DNA of 64,000 nt. Source: Prasinococcaceae sp. CCMP 1430 (taxonomy: Eukaryota > Plantae > Prasinodermophyta). The position numbers and the translations under genes are program-made. Where the stretch lies: assembly GCA_013416795.1 (NCBI GenBank), contig RQSC01000021.1, forward strand, positions 1 to 64,000. Direction: 5' to 3'. Numbering within the stretch: position 1 is the stretch's first letter; each line of letters opens with the position of its first letter. Below are positions 1 through 13,200 of this stretch, piece after piece. The notes beneath the pieces were generated by a model. It ran no database searches. It was not told the DNA's origin and saw only the letters and a program-made list of their open reading frames with translations.

Positions 1-51
1 CGGCCGAGGGCTTCCTTCGCCGCGCGAGAGAGATCTGTCGCGCCGGCGGCG

Positions 52-918
52 ATGGTGAAGATCACGCCCGAGGCGGTGCTATCGGCGCCGCAGGGCCTCA
101 ACGCCGTAAACGACCGCGAGCTCTCGCTGCGCGGCCTCAAGGCGCCCGCGGTCGAGGCGCTCGCGGTCGCGCGTGACGGCTTCGACTGCGTCGACCTGAG
201 CGACAACGAGATCGCCAAGCTGGGAGGGTTCCCGCCGATGGCGAGGCTAAGCACGCTGCTGGTCGCCAATAACAGCATCGCACGCATCGCAACAAACCTA
301 CCAGGTGCGGCGCGCAGGGTCGAAGGCTGGACTGCGCGCACGCAGAGCGCCCGCCTGCCATGACCGGTTTTGGTTAGGGTTGTCCCTCACACGTGTCCAC
401 CTCCCATGCTGACGACGAAGAACGCCCCGCTCGCCGGCTCGCCCGCGCGTTCGACGCCCGCAGAGGTGCTGCCGAACTTGCACACCCTGGTGCTCACTAA
501 CAACCGCTTGTCGTCGCTTGCCGAGCTGGAGCCGCTCTCGTCGTTGAAGCACCTGAAGATGTTGTCGCTGCTGGGGAATGCAGTCGCGGGTGTGCCGCAG
601 TACCGCTTGTACTGCGCTGCCGCGATGCCCTCGCTCAAATGGCTGGACTTCCAGCGAATCACGCCTGCTGAGAGGGAGCGGGCGGCTGCCGCATTCCCCG
701 ATGCTGCTGCGCTGGCCAAGGCGCGTGCGCGGTCGGGCTCTGCGAGCGCCGCGGCAACTGCAGGTGGTGGCGCAAACGGCGCGGCGGCGCCGCCGGCCGC
801 CGCGCAGCTCACGGCAGTCAAGGCGGCCATCGCGTCAGCGGCCACGCTCGAAGAGGTCAAGCAGCTCGAGGCCGCGCTCGCGACGGGCTCGCTCCCCGAG
901 CCCATGCAGCAGGGCTGA
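52..918 (+). CDS. SNRPA1: U2 snRNP A' (LRR protein); exons 52-304 and 464-918
   Basis: LNAVNDRELSLRGLK, FDCVDLSDNEI and YRLYC...LKWLDFQRIT motifs. A GT..AG intron at 305-463 joins the two ORFs in frame. Confidence 0.95.
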
Positions 919-985
919 GAGCCGAGCGGTGGCAGCCGGTGCCCGCCGCCACCCACTGCATCCATCCTAGTCGCCTGTGCCACCA

Positions 986-990
986 TGTAA
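986..990 (+). terminator. TGTAA polyadenylation signal (green-algal type). Also at 20079-20083(+), 42119-42123(+), 5387-5391(-) and 42164-42168(-)
   Basis: TGTAA lies shortly after, or overlaps, the stop codons of several genes. UGUAA is the established chlorophyte poly(A) signal. Confidence 0.7.
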
Positions 991-1209
991 AATAATATAC
1001 AGAAAGGAAAGTCGCCCGTGGGATAATATTATATCCAATCAAATGCACATGCGAACGGGGAGAGACCGGGGCGGCGGCCCCGGCCGCCACCGCCCACCGG
1101 TGCCGGCCCCGCTCCCTGTGGCGGCCATGCTCGGCAGGGGGCCACAGTGTGCACTCGTGGCTTGACGCGGCGTGTCGGCAGATGCGCGCTGCGGGGCGCG
1201 CCTGGAGGC

Positions 1210-2771
1210 ATGGGCGGCACGGCGGGCCCGCCTGAGGCCGGCACGGGCGGCGGCGCAGCATCCGCGGCCGCTCGCGCGCGCACAGCGCGCAGGCGTGACC
1301 TTGGCCTTGCGGCCATCGCTCGGCGTAAGCTCACAGCAGAGGAGGCCCTGGCAGCGCAGGCAGCACTCGGCGGCGGGGGCGAGCGCGGAGGTGACGCGAG
1401 CGCGCTTGCAACAGCAACAGTGCTCGTTCGGGCAGAAAGTACAGCAGCCGCTCGAGCCGCTGTCGCGGCGGGTGCACCTGCCGTACTTTCGCTCGAGGCT
1501 GCGGGTGTGGACGACTGGCCCTCGCTGCGCGAGTGGGTGCGTGCGGATGGCTCGCCCGACATCGACGCGCTGGAACAGCGCTTCGGCGACTCACGAGTAC
1601 GAGTTGAGGTCATACCAGTCCCAGCACGCGACTCTCGCGGTGCAGGTGTGGGCGACGCAGGGTACGGCTCGCGGGAGACGAAGCATATGTCTCTGAGCGA
1701 GTTCGCAGGATGGTGGCGCGGGCGACGGACGCATGGGCACACCAAGGTCGCGGAGCATGGAGATGTCGCGAAGCCAGAGATCACGTGCGAAGGGCGCACG
1801 GCGCCCAGTCGTAGCTCGTTACACCCTGAGTACTTGCTGTACCTGAAGGATTGGCACTTCGCCGCCGAATACCCAGAAGTGCATGCATACACACCGCCGC
1901 ACGCATTCGAGCCTGACTGGCTCAATGCATTCTATGATTCACTCGCGGATGCTGACAAGACGGACGGAAAGGGCGGCAGTGGCCATCTGGTGACGTCGGA
2001 CTACCGTTTCGTGTATGTGGGACCCGCAGGCAGCTGGACGGCGTTCCACAGTGACGTTCTGCGATCTGCCTCGTGGAGCACGAATGTATGCGGACGTAAG
2101 CGTTGGACACTGCTGCCGCCTGACGCCACGCCGGCGCTCATGAGTGCATCTGGCACGGAGCTTGCGAGTACGCTGTGGGATGAGCACATGCGCTTTCCGT
2201 TGCTTAAGGACGCGCGGCGCTTAGCGCTCACTTTCGAGCAGGAGGCCGGCGAGACAGTGTTCGTGCCGCCGGGGTGGCACCACATGGTCGAGAATGTTAC
2301 TGATTGCATCAGCATCAATCACAATTGGATTCATCCCAGGTTCGTGCGTACCAGTGCCAAGTCAATTTTCCGCCATGCTTCTCGGGCGCGCACGCACGTG
2401 TGACAATGAGCTGACCTGCAGCTCGATGCGCTCTCTACTTCTCCGCACGACTTGGTGACAGTGGCGCGATGGACAGCGTGCGGCTGCTGCACGCCGAACG
2501 CGCGGGCGCTGCGCAGAGCATCGCCGACCTGCGCGGTGTGGTGAGTGCGCAAGAGTTCGAACATCTCGTTTATCGCAACGCTGCTCTTAACGCCGGCATG
2601 AGTCAAGATGTCTTCAAGAAGTTACTCGTGCAAGGCAGGGCGGTGGCTGAGCGCGAGGCACTGCGCTCGGATGACGAGGGTGCCGCCTTGCAGCGGCTCT
2701 ATGCCTGTTGGGCCTACGAGGCCCTCGCCGCGCTCGCAAATGGTGAGCAGGCTACCACGGACGTAGATTGA
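1210..2771 (+). CDS. JMJD4: JmjC 2-oxoglutarate oxygenase, JMJD4-like; intron about 2340-2461
   Basis: YLKDWH, DWLN, DYRFVYVGP.GSWT.FHSDV, Q..GETVFVP.GWHH.V.N and ISINHNW motifs. The C-terminal exon has FE..V.RN...NAGM. Confidence 0.85.
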
Positions 2772-2782
2772 GCGACAGATGG

Positions 2783-4928
2783 CTAATCGGTAGCTTCATC
2801 CCCCAGAACCACCCTCGGCTTGGCAGCGTCGTCAGTGTTGGCATCATCATCGATGCACGGCCCGACCCAGTTGTTGGTGTGCTCATCTTCAGTCCGAGTA
2901 TCTTCAAAAGGGAGCAGGCTTTCAAGCATGCCTGTGAAGCAGTCCGAGCCCGAGCACACAGAACCAACGTTGGCCATGCCCACCTGGGGCTCCTGTGTTG
3001 CTAGGGCGCCATCTGACGTGAAGAGTCCCATTTGCAAGGGTGCATCGCTGCCATCATCGGACCCGATCCTGTCCAGATACTCGGCAACCTCTTGCGGTAG
3101 GCCTCCCGGGTCCTTGACCCGATGGCAGGCAAACTCGAGCAGTGCCTGGATCTGGGGCAAGCTGAGCTCCCCACCGAAGGCGCTGCGCAGGGCGGTGCCT
3201 GGACCCGGCTCGGAAATGTCGAGCTCCGTCTCTTGGCCTTTCAGTGCCGCGACCAGATTCGTTCGCAGCCCCTTCGTCGTCACGATGTCCATTGCTTCCA
3301 GGGACTGTGCAAGCGCGTCGTGCTCGTCTATATGCGCCGGCGGTGGCAGGTTCGACAGTTTGGTCTTCCCGTTGACGCGCATCCAGCTGCTTTCGTGCAG
3401 GGACGCGAGAAATGTCAGTGGCGAATAGGCGGGGGTCATGTGAACCCACGCGCGTCCTGGGCGCAAGCATGGACGCGCGGACGCACCCGTGACGTTTCAT
3501 CTTGCCCGAGTGGCTTCGCTTGCTCGTCACCGGCATCGGGTCGGTAACAATGCGCAACACATAGCCATCCTTGAGCTGTGCCACGACGGACAAGCGGACG
3601 CGGTCGCAAGGCATGCGCTTGCTCGAAGTAGTAAGCTTGAAGCTGACGGACCGGAATTTCAGAGTGACAGCGCTGCCGTCAGCGACGACGTGCGGAGGCT
3701 GCAAGTAGCTGAAGACGGCTGTGTCCATGGCGAAAGCCTTCACTGCGCGAGCCAAGGACACGCAGTGCTGGCGCTGCTCTGCCCGCCCCGCAGCAAGCTG
3801 CTTCGGCTTGTGTGAGGTGCCTGCCGACTGCTCGGAGGTATTCGACGCCGTCTGCCGCGTGAGAGTGTCCTCACATGCCGCAACGCTGGCACAAAGCTTC
3901 TCCTGCTCGATGGACGGATCGCTCGTCAATTCAAATCCTTCAGGAACAAGATAGAGTGTGGCGCCAGAGACCTGCTCGCTGCTGACGCCTTCAATGCGGA
4001 CATGAAAGTCGTACGAAGTGGCGATGAGCGCCGGATGAATGCCGGGAGCGAGCAAAACCGCGCAGTCTCCTGACGCCGTGCTGGAGTATTGCAAGGACTC
4101 GCAGAGGACGCGCGCGCTCATGTGCTCTGGGAGACTTCGCTCCACAGCCGCAGCATGTTTGTTCTCTTCCTGCTGCGGCTGCTTCTCCCCCCCACATCCA
4201 GCCCCTGAAACAGCAAGCGGGGACCACGATCCCGCGCGCGTAGCATGCGCCTGTCCAGCCACGCCTGCGGGCGAGCCTCTTTGCAGCAGAGCGTCATAGC
4301 ACGAGAAGAGGTTGCGCATGGGCGTCGACACGTCATCCTTTGAAGCATCGCCGCCCGTGGACGCCATCGGCGCGACCGTCTTGAAACCTGGACTGTTGCT
4401 GTTGGGGAGCTCGACGCGTAAGAGATCACCACCGCTGTTGGGCATGTCGTCGCAGCTCATGAGAGGCACCCTCGTCTTGCACTCGTCCAGCGGTGAAAGC
4501 CTCTTCTCAAAAATCGTCGCCGTCTCCCTCTGCGCCGCCTGCAACTGGTGCACCTCGCTTTGCAGCTTGGCAATGATCTGCGCCTGCGCCTCAATCGTGC
4601 GCGTCTGCTCCTGGAGGGTTCGGCCACACTCTTGGAGCTTCGTCTCGACTTTCGCTCCCTTTTCTGCCACATTTGTGCCCTCCGCTGTTGCCGTGCCCAG
4701 TGTTGGCTCCTTGTCGGTGCGAAGAGGCTTCGAGAGCGCCCAGGACCGCATCTTTCCCACCCCTCCGCGCGGGGCCAGCGCTGAATGCGCTGCGCCACCC
4801 CCCTCACCCTTGGCTTCGCAGCGTCTCTTCGGCTGCTGCCTCACCTTCGGGCGCGACGGCACGCCCTCCCTTACTGCTGCTCCTAATCTGCCGGCCGAAG
4901 CGGCAGCGCGCGTCGTCCTCGCCACCAT
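2783..4928 (-). CDS. Hypothetical protein with a coiled coil and a possible beta-sandwich DNA-binding-like domain; intron 3390-3486
   Basis: Long ORF with ATG at 4928 and a heptad segment (LQEQTRTIEAQAQIIAKLQSEVHQLQ). A GTGCGT donor, CTGAC branch site and AAG acceptor join it in phase to ORF 2783-3466. Confidence 0.6.
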
Positions 4929-5386
4929 CGCGCGCCTGGGTGCACAAACCCCACCGCCGCCGCCACGCGCCGCGGCGCGCCGCGCGCACAGCCGGCCTCT
5001 GTAGCGCGCTCTTGGGCGTTCAGCGATGCGCCCCCTACTGCCTGCCGAAACCCGTGGCTGCAAGCGCAGCGCAGCGTATTGAAGCGTCCGGTGCGCGTGG
5101 TCCACACGCGCGCCACCACCGCGTGCCGCGCGCTGTGTGCCGCCCCTGCGCGCGCGAGGCCCCCCACCCCACCCACCCCCTGCTCGCGCGCCGCGCGTCT
5201 GCGCTGCCGATTTGCGCGGAGGCGCGAAGAAAATGCGCAGAGGCGAGCGCCCCAATGCGCTTTGACCTGCGCGGCCGCGCGGCAAATCGAACGCGCGGCG
5301 GCGGGAAGTCGCACTCGTGTCAAACAGCATGCTGTAAGGCGAGATCAGGGCGGAAAGAACACCCGTCAAACGGGGGAATGGCAATG

Positions 5387-8300
5387 TTACAGGATTGAGT
5401 TGGCGATTGACAGGGCGTTCCACTTTGCACTGGCGCTCAAGTCTCCGAGCTTGGGCCCCTTTGCGGCCGCAGCGGCGTCGCCGAGATCGCGCGCCTCCGT
5501 GTCCATCGGGCTTCCGTCGGCAGCGAGCGGCGTCCGGCAGAACGGCGCTTTACCGTCGGCCTCCAGCACGGCGAGCTCGTACTCGTCCGACTCGAAGAAT
5601 TTGCCGGCGGGCGAGCACGCAATGGACACATCTGGATCCATCAGTCGGTAGTACGCCGGCGGGAGGCCGGGCAGCTTCCGCACCTTAACCTCGGTGTCGC
5701 GCAGGTCGCGCAGCATGCCGCGCGTGGCCGTGATTGGAGCGCCTGGGATGCTCGCCTGCTCGTCCCACGCTGTGGCCCCGCTGCCGAGCGCCGCAGCGAT
5801 GTCGTCGTCGTCGTCATCCAAGCGCAGGGACTCGCCCACGTCGGTGCGGTTCTCACGACGGCCTCCATAGCCGCCGGCCCGCTCACCTCCGCCCGCGGCC
5901 CAACCGCCACTGGATGGCTCGATCGCGAGCAGTTGCTGTGCCTCCTCGTGCGAGATTCCGGGCTCGAGCTCGAAGCGCACCAGCGGGAGAAGCTCGAAGG
6001 TCAGGTAAGAAACCACCATCTCACAGCCGCAGTTGACGCAATTCTCGTGATCGCCGTTGAGAATGGGATTGACGGTGCCGCAGCGGTAACACACGGGCAG
6101 CAGCGTCTCGTCGTCGCTGAAAGGGCGCGAATTGATTGCAATGCACGCGATGTCCACCTGCTCCTGCCATGTCGGCGGGACGCGCAGCGCCTGCAAGCGG
6201 TTGTACGCGTGTCGTGCGAGCTTGTAAGCCCCCATTGCCTCACCGTGCGTGGCGAGCGCGTGCAGCACGTACACCAAGCTGACGCCGCTCGGCGCCTCCG
6301 CGCGCGTCAGCCGGCCAAGCAGCAGCCGTGCCGCGTTGAATATGGTAGGCTGAAAGGCAGTTGTGAAGGCAGTGTCTGTGTTGCTGTAGACGATGTCGTA
6401 CGCGTGGTAGATCTCCGCGCGATCCAGCAGCGCCTGATACTTGCGCAGCGACCTCGCACCAGAGCCTTCGACGCCGTGTAGCCTGGTGAGCTCATCCATC
6501 GCCAGCTGCCAGTAGTACACGCCCGCGTCGGCGAAGCGGCGCTCGCTGACAGCGTTGTGCGTGAGCTGCTCCAGCATCAGCGCACCCATGTCCGGCCGGC
6601 CGGCCTTCGCATACGCCTCGCGCGCCTCGTCGAAGCGATCCTGGCTCACCAAGTGCTGGGCGAAGGGAAGGTATACCTCTTCGCGCAGCTGGGGCGCAGA
6701 GCGCAGTAGCCTGAACGCCGAATCCCATTCCTGCTCAGACACTGCCAGCTTAACCAACGCCGCAGTGTCACCCAACCGCTCGTACGCCTCGCGAGCGTGC
6801 TTCACCGCACCTGCCTTCTGCAAGTACTGTGCGCACGCGCGGAGAGCCGTCGGGTGAGACGAGTCCATGGTGCGGGCGAGCTCAGCAAGCTTCTCGACGT
6901 TCGTCCCGCGCCCAAGGAGCGCAATGGCCTTGTCGAACTTGCCAAGCTTTATGTACATCTCCGCCGCCTGTACGTTGTCATTGACCTCCTCGGACCACTC
7001 CGCCTGGCGCTGCATGAGCTCCTGCACGTGCGCGCCGCCGCCCGAGGTGCCCACCGAGTCCGCCCAGCGCTTGGCCTCGTCAAACTGGCGGAGGTCAGAG
7101 AACATCTGCATTGCACGATCTGTCATGCCGATGCGGCCGTAGCGCTTGGCCGCTTCCTGGTACTTGCCCTGGTACGCAAAGATCTCGGCCATCATCGCGT
7201 CGTCTGCCGTGCCGCCGTCGCCAAGCCCCCCAGAGGCCTTGCGCGCACCCTCGATGCGATTGAGAAGGCCGATGAAGTGCACGTCCCGCACGCGGATGAA
7301 CGCTCTCCTCGCGATATCCAAGTGCATGTTTGCCATCGCCTCGGTAGCGAGTGTGCGCCAGTCTGCCTCAGTGACGCCAAGACAAGCAACCTCATAGGCC
7401 TTTCTGAAGTCCTTATCCTCAATGTACCGCAGCATCGAGGCTGTCTGGGGCACGTCGATTGTCTGCATGCTCACATAGTGGAGGCAGAAGATCTTGGACC
7501 CCGCAAAGCCAACCACAAAGCCCTGGAGCTTCTGCTGGTGGACTGGGCAGTCACCGGTTTTGGTGCTGAGCACGCCGTTGCCGCTGTAACAGAACATGTC
7601 CTCGAAGTCAGCGTTCCAGGCCACGCTATTTGCGCCTTCAGCCTCGTAGGTCACCTTTTGCGTCGCAACATCGTAAACATACACCTTGGCGTTTTCGTCA
7701 ACCACAGCCAGTTGCAAACGGTTCGCGCTCATGTCGAGACAGCGCACCGCCGCCGTGTGCGTCACCAGAAGCTGCGGAAAGGCCTTGTCCACGAAAATGC
7801 GCAGCACACCACCATTCTTGAGGCCCACAAGCAGACCCTCGCGGCCGGGTGCGCCACCGACCACCTTGATGTACCGAATCACAGCCTCCATCACCCACTC
7901 GCGCTCCTTTTCGCCTGCGAAGCTGTAGAGCTGGAGCTTCTTCTCCTGGCACAAAATCACGTGGTTGGTCGTAACCACCAGCAGGTTGCAATCGAGCGCC
8001 TTCTGGATCTTCTCCTTCACGCGGTAGTGCATATCGTACGGGTCGGCGTTGGTGAGCTCGTAGATGATGACGCGGCTGGGGAGCTGCACTGCCAGTCGAT
8101 CCTTGTACACAGCGATCTTCTTGATGTAGTCGCGGCATCGGATGCGCACCTTCTGCTCTGAGATCAGGTGCGTCACGATCACATCTGTCATGCAGTCGCG
8201 CCAGGCGTAACGATCCTGGTAGAGCCCGTGCACGGTGTTGAAGACCAGCTGATTCATGACGATGGTGCCGTCGTTGCGCCCGACTGCGACGTAGTTGTGC

Positions 8301-9381
8301 TTCGGCCGCCCCGCGGAGCACCACACCCAGTCGTCCCCCTCGGACACTGGACAGAGCATCACACCCTCCTTCGTAGCCAGCATGGTCTTATTGTCCGTGC
8401 CACCGACGAGGATGTAGTCGCCGCCAGAGTAGTGGCTGACTGTGGTCGGGTCGAAGCCTAGGGACCTATCCTTGCCAATCTGTTGCATCTGCGACGCCGT
8501 TTCGTCGCATGTGTAAAAGCTGAGCGTACCGTCCCAGCACCCGACCGCGAGCGAGTCCGTGCCGCCCGCGGCGACGCCCGGGACGGGGTTGTACGAGAGC
8601 GACCAGACGGGCTCCGACCGGTTAATGACCGCAAGCTCGGCACCCTGCCTGTCGCGCATGCTCACCTGCCCGCCGAACAGGCCGAGCGCCAAGGTCTGCC
8701 CGTCGGGCGACCAGGCCATGCAGCACACCTTGCTGGCCACCTTGTGCTTGGCGACGTGCTTCTTCTCGGGGCTCCACAGGCCGAAGTCAGACGCGGTCGC
8801 GCTGGCAAGCTGATGCGTGACTGGGTTGTACTCGAGCGACTGAATCGGGTCGGCGTGCGAGTACTTGAGCAGGCCCTCAGCCTTGTTAGACCAGATGACG
8901 ATTGTTGAGTCCGCACCACCGGACGCGAAGCGCTGGCCATCGCGCGAGTACGACACCGCATACACCGCCTCCTTGTGGTTCTTGAGGGAGTGCAGTAGGT
9001 CGCCATCGGTGGCGTCGTATACGAGCACGCGCATTCCGACGCCGGCCACAAGCTGCGAGCCATCGGGGCTGAACGCCAGGTCATAGCATACGCTCTTGGC
9101 GCCGTCGCGGTCCGGCTACGCGGCGGCGCGGAGCAATGGGGACGGGCGTCGCAACGCACGCGTTGCGCGACGCGTCACCGCAGCAGCGGTCAGCGGCAAT
9201 CGCATGGCAGGGTTGACACACAACGGCCCGATTCCGCCTCGAGCGCGCCGCAGGCCCGACGCGCCACCACCCCAAGCCACTACGACCGCCCACTCCGCAC
9301 CCCCTCACTGCGCCGCTTTCCGGACCGCAGCGGGTGGCGCGCACGCACCACCGTGTCGGTCCATGTGACCACGCTCCGCAT
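5387..9381 (-). CDS. IFT122: Intraflagellar transport protein 122 (IFT-A); exons 9381-9349 and 9115-5387
   Basis: N-terminal WD40 repeats, FNTVHGLYQDRYAWRD.MTDV, LGVTEADW and a C-terminal CYRC..NP Zn knuckle. The first exon reads MRSVVTWTDTV. Confidence 0.96.
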
Positions 9382-10219
9382 GGCTGCGGCTGCCCACGCC
9401 GCGCGCCGCGGCGCCGCGCGCAGCTTTCGCCGCGCGCGCCCCCGCACGCGCTCTGCCACTTCCCCTTCTCCCCTCCCCACCTTCCTCCTGTCCCGCCCCG
9501 CCCTCCCCTGCCCGTCCCAGCCAGCCTCTCACCGCCCGCATCAGCGCCCGCGCGCGCGCCCGCGCGCCCGCACGTATTCGCCCGACACCCCTCGCGGATC
9601 CGACCGTGAGTCCGCGCGCGCCCCCGCCTCGCCGGCCGACGCCCCACGCGAACCAGCGGTTCGATCCACGCGCGCGCCGCGCGCCCCCGTCGTTCCGCAT
9701 CCGTCGCCGGCACGCCTGGCCGGCTGTGCGTTCGGTCGAGCTCCCCCCCTCGCTTTGGTTGGCCGCCGCCTTTGCCGCGTTTGAATCGGCCGCGGCGGCG
9801 GATGCGCGCCGGGGCGGCGCGCTCCGGCCGGTCAAACGCTCTCGGCTGGCTGGAGCTCGGCACAAACCATCAGATGGTACTGCACCATCAGATGGTATCA
9901 TCGATGGTGGGTCGGGATCGGGGTGCGACAGAAATGTTTTGGGTTTTGTAGTATATAGGGTCTGTGAAACGTTGCAGCTAGCTGGGCGTCGCATTGCCAG
10001 GCGTTTCGAAACGAGAACGACGCGGCGCGCGGGAGAAGAGCTGTGGAGAGGGGGCAGGGGAGCACAAGGAAAGGGGGGGGGCGCCTTGCCACAGTGGGCC
10101 AGCGGGCGGTGGGCGCGCCCTGCCCGCGGGTGTACTCTCCGACCAAGGCCCTGCCTTAGGCGTCAGCGCAGCGGCGGTGGCCGCGGCGCTCGCGCCGCGC
10201 GCCGCGCGCGCGCGCGCAC

Positions 10220-13200
10220 ATGCGCTCGCGACGGGGCGCGCTCGGCCCTGCGGCGGGCGGTGCTCGCGGCCGCGCTCGCGGCGCTGTGCGGGTACGCGTA
10301 CCCGCATGGAGGCGGCAGCGGCGGCGATGGGAGGATGGAGAGGGTCGCCCGCCGAGCGCGCCTGGTGTCGCCGGGCTTGCCCTTTGCGCAGGCGCACACA
10401 TTTCGCGCGTGTGTCGACTGCAGCGGCTTGGGCACCTGCCGGAGCGACGGCGTGTGCGTGTGCGATCCTGTTTCAGCCGGGCCGGATTGCTCGGACGTCG
10501 CGGCGGGGCTGACGACATTCACGTCAAGCACGCTGTCGTACACCACGGGTATGCTGAGCCAGTACGGAGGGTGTGCTGCCATGGCCTGGAGCTCTACCTC
10601 GGAGGTGGTATACGCGGCCTTTCGAGATGGCACCGTGAACGCGTACAGCGTCGACGTTGTGGACGTCGTCTTAGACAGCAGCGACGCAGGGCTCGACCTC
10701 GCCGCTGCTGCCACGCCCTGGGATCCCCTGGTGGTGTCACGCGGGCTGCCGACCGGAGCGCTCGTCGGACAGGCGCGGCCATCGGCGGAAAACGTGGCCA
10801 CCGCGCCCAACGCGCGCGTCAAGAGCTACGTTGGAGTGGTCGAGGCGCCGGACGGCAGCGCATTGTATGTGGGATTAAACCTGTACACTCCCGGCACCTC
10901 GACGTACAGCTATCGCATCGTGAAAATGTACAAGTCAGGCACGGGCTCGACCCACCAGATGGCGGGCGCGGGGGACGGCACCTACGGCGCTAGCCTCATG
11001 GCATTCATCGAGGAGCAGGACTACTATTTGGACGCGATGACGGTCGACCGCGCAGGGGATGTCGTGTACAAGCTGAGCAAGATGACGGGGGCCGCCCTGG
11101 AGAGCGCAACGTCACTGCAGCACGTGCTGCGAGTGGGCCACCACAGCACCATCGATGATGGTGGCGACGGGGACGACGTTGACATCGATACCACCACCGA
11201 GGAGGTGCTGCCGATGCAGTACTACTTTGAGTGCGCCAAGTCAGGCCAGATTTCTGGCCGAAACTTTGTGTTCTTCGCGGGCCAGAAGTACAGGTTCACG
11301 GGAGGCACTGGCGCTGACAATCTTGAGGCTGCAATTGCTCGGTGGTACGAGGGGACGTACGACCCCGCTGCGGCGATTGAGTTGAAGCCCACCTTCTCAC
11401 AAACCTGGGGCGTGGGCTACAGCAGCAGCGAGCGCACATGTGGCTCAGCTACGGACACGCAAAAGTCCGTCACGTTCAGCACGATGGTGACGTACCAGCC
11501 GGACAGCAGCACCCTCGAGCTCTATTTAGGTACGACCTCGTCTGAGCGCACAGCAGCGGGCTGCATCCTAAAGGTCGTGGTCGATCAGAACGGCAACATG
11601 GATCACGTGGGCACCGTCATCCTCAACCCAGAGCGAGACGAGCGGGACATGCGCAGCGGCGCGATCGACTACGAGAGCTCGGTGCTGTACATGTTGACCT
11701 CCGACCCCGACGCCGCGTCGTCGCGGATTATTAAGGTCGACATTGGTGACGCCTTCGTCCCCCTCGGGTCGTTTGAGGCAGCGGCGGCGCTGTCACCGCT
11801 GGGTGCTGTGGCGGTACCTGTGCGCGACGGCAACGGCGACGGCCTCAACGACGTGCACGGCGTCGTGGCGGGCTCGGACGACAGCAGCGACGCCTCGCAG
11901 ATTCGTCGCCTGGGCACAATGCAGGTGACCGCTGTGGATCCGGTGTACGGGCCGTCCGCCGTCGATGGTGTGGGAACGTCGGTGACCATCACGGGCAGCG
12001 GGTTCTACGAGCCAGCCGAGGGCACAGCTATCCTGTGCAGATTCGGCTCGGCCGCCGAGACCGTGGGCACGTGGCAGGCGGACACAAACACGGTGTTGTG
12101 CGTGGCCCCCGACGCATCAACCACTGGCACTACGAATTTCGTGGCCGGCTACGCGCCAGTGACACTCTCCTTCGACAATGGGCTGACATACACCGGCGAC
12201 GGGACGTACTATCGCTACTACGACGCACCAACTGTGGTCTCCATGTCGCCCTCATCGATCGTGCGCACGGGTCTGGACTCATCGAGCAGCGTGTACACCC
12301 TCAGCCTCTACGGCGGGCCGTACTTTGACGCGATCGACGTCAGCGGCGATAGCCTGCTGCGTTGCAAATTCTTGAGCGGCAGCGCTGACGTCGTCGTTGC
12401 GGCCACGTACATGAGTTCTACGTTGATACAATGCCCGAGCCCCTCGTTCAGTACCGCAGGTACCAGGAATGTGTCGGTATCGATGAACGCTAGAGATGAG
12501 AACTACCACCTTGCCACCGGCGTCGAGCTGGAGCTGTACGATCTCCCAAATACGCTCCAGGTTGATGCAGCCAACGGTGCGCAGTACTCGTACAGGTGCT
12601 GCTCGCCCGTGCCATCCGACCCCGCTGACGCAGCGGTGCACTTGGACTCGATCGTCGTCAACGTGGTTGACAGCTCGGGAACTCTCGTGAGCGAGGCGAG
12701 CGGGCTCGTCAACGAAGTGCAAGTTGCGTTGACTGCGCCGACCGTTGCTGGGGGCAGCCCTATGGACGTTCTCTTTTCCGGGGACGAGACTGCGAAGACG
12801 ACGTCGGATGGCTCCGTTCAATTCGACATGACCATGGACGGCGCGCCCCTGATTGGCACCTACACCGTCGAAATTGCTGCTGGGGCGCTGGGCACCGCCT
12901 CGCAATGGCTGGCGACAGATCCCTCCCTCACCGTGTCTGGTACAACCGTCAGCGTGAACATCCTTCCCGGCGATGCCTATGCGCTCCAGGTTGAGCCGGC
13001 CTCCGTGACGCTGTCGGCTGCAGCATCCGTTGATCTGGGCTTCTTCTCCGTCCGCGTGGTTGATCTAGCTGGCAACCCGCTCGACACCCTCGACACCAGC
13101 GTGCGCGTAGTCACTGCCTCGCTCTCGCGCGGCACGTCGTACGTCGGTGACGCGTCTGCCGCTTGGACTGGGGCTGACTTTGATGGGACTACGGTGCGTC

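Noticed and set aside
9606-10219. N-terminal extensions of track ORFs (also 4929-5423, 45768-46127, 51402-51749 and 55458-55811)
   Set aside because: They start at alternative codons, translate as Arg/Ala/Gly-rich sequence and run through promoter-like DNA.
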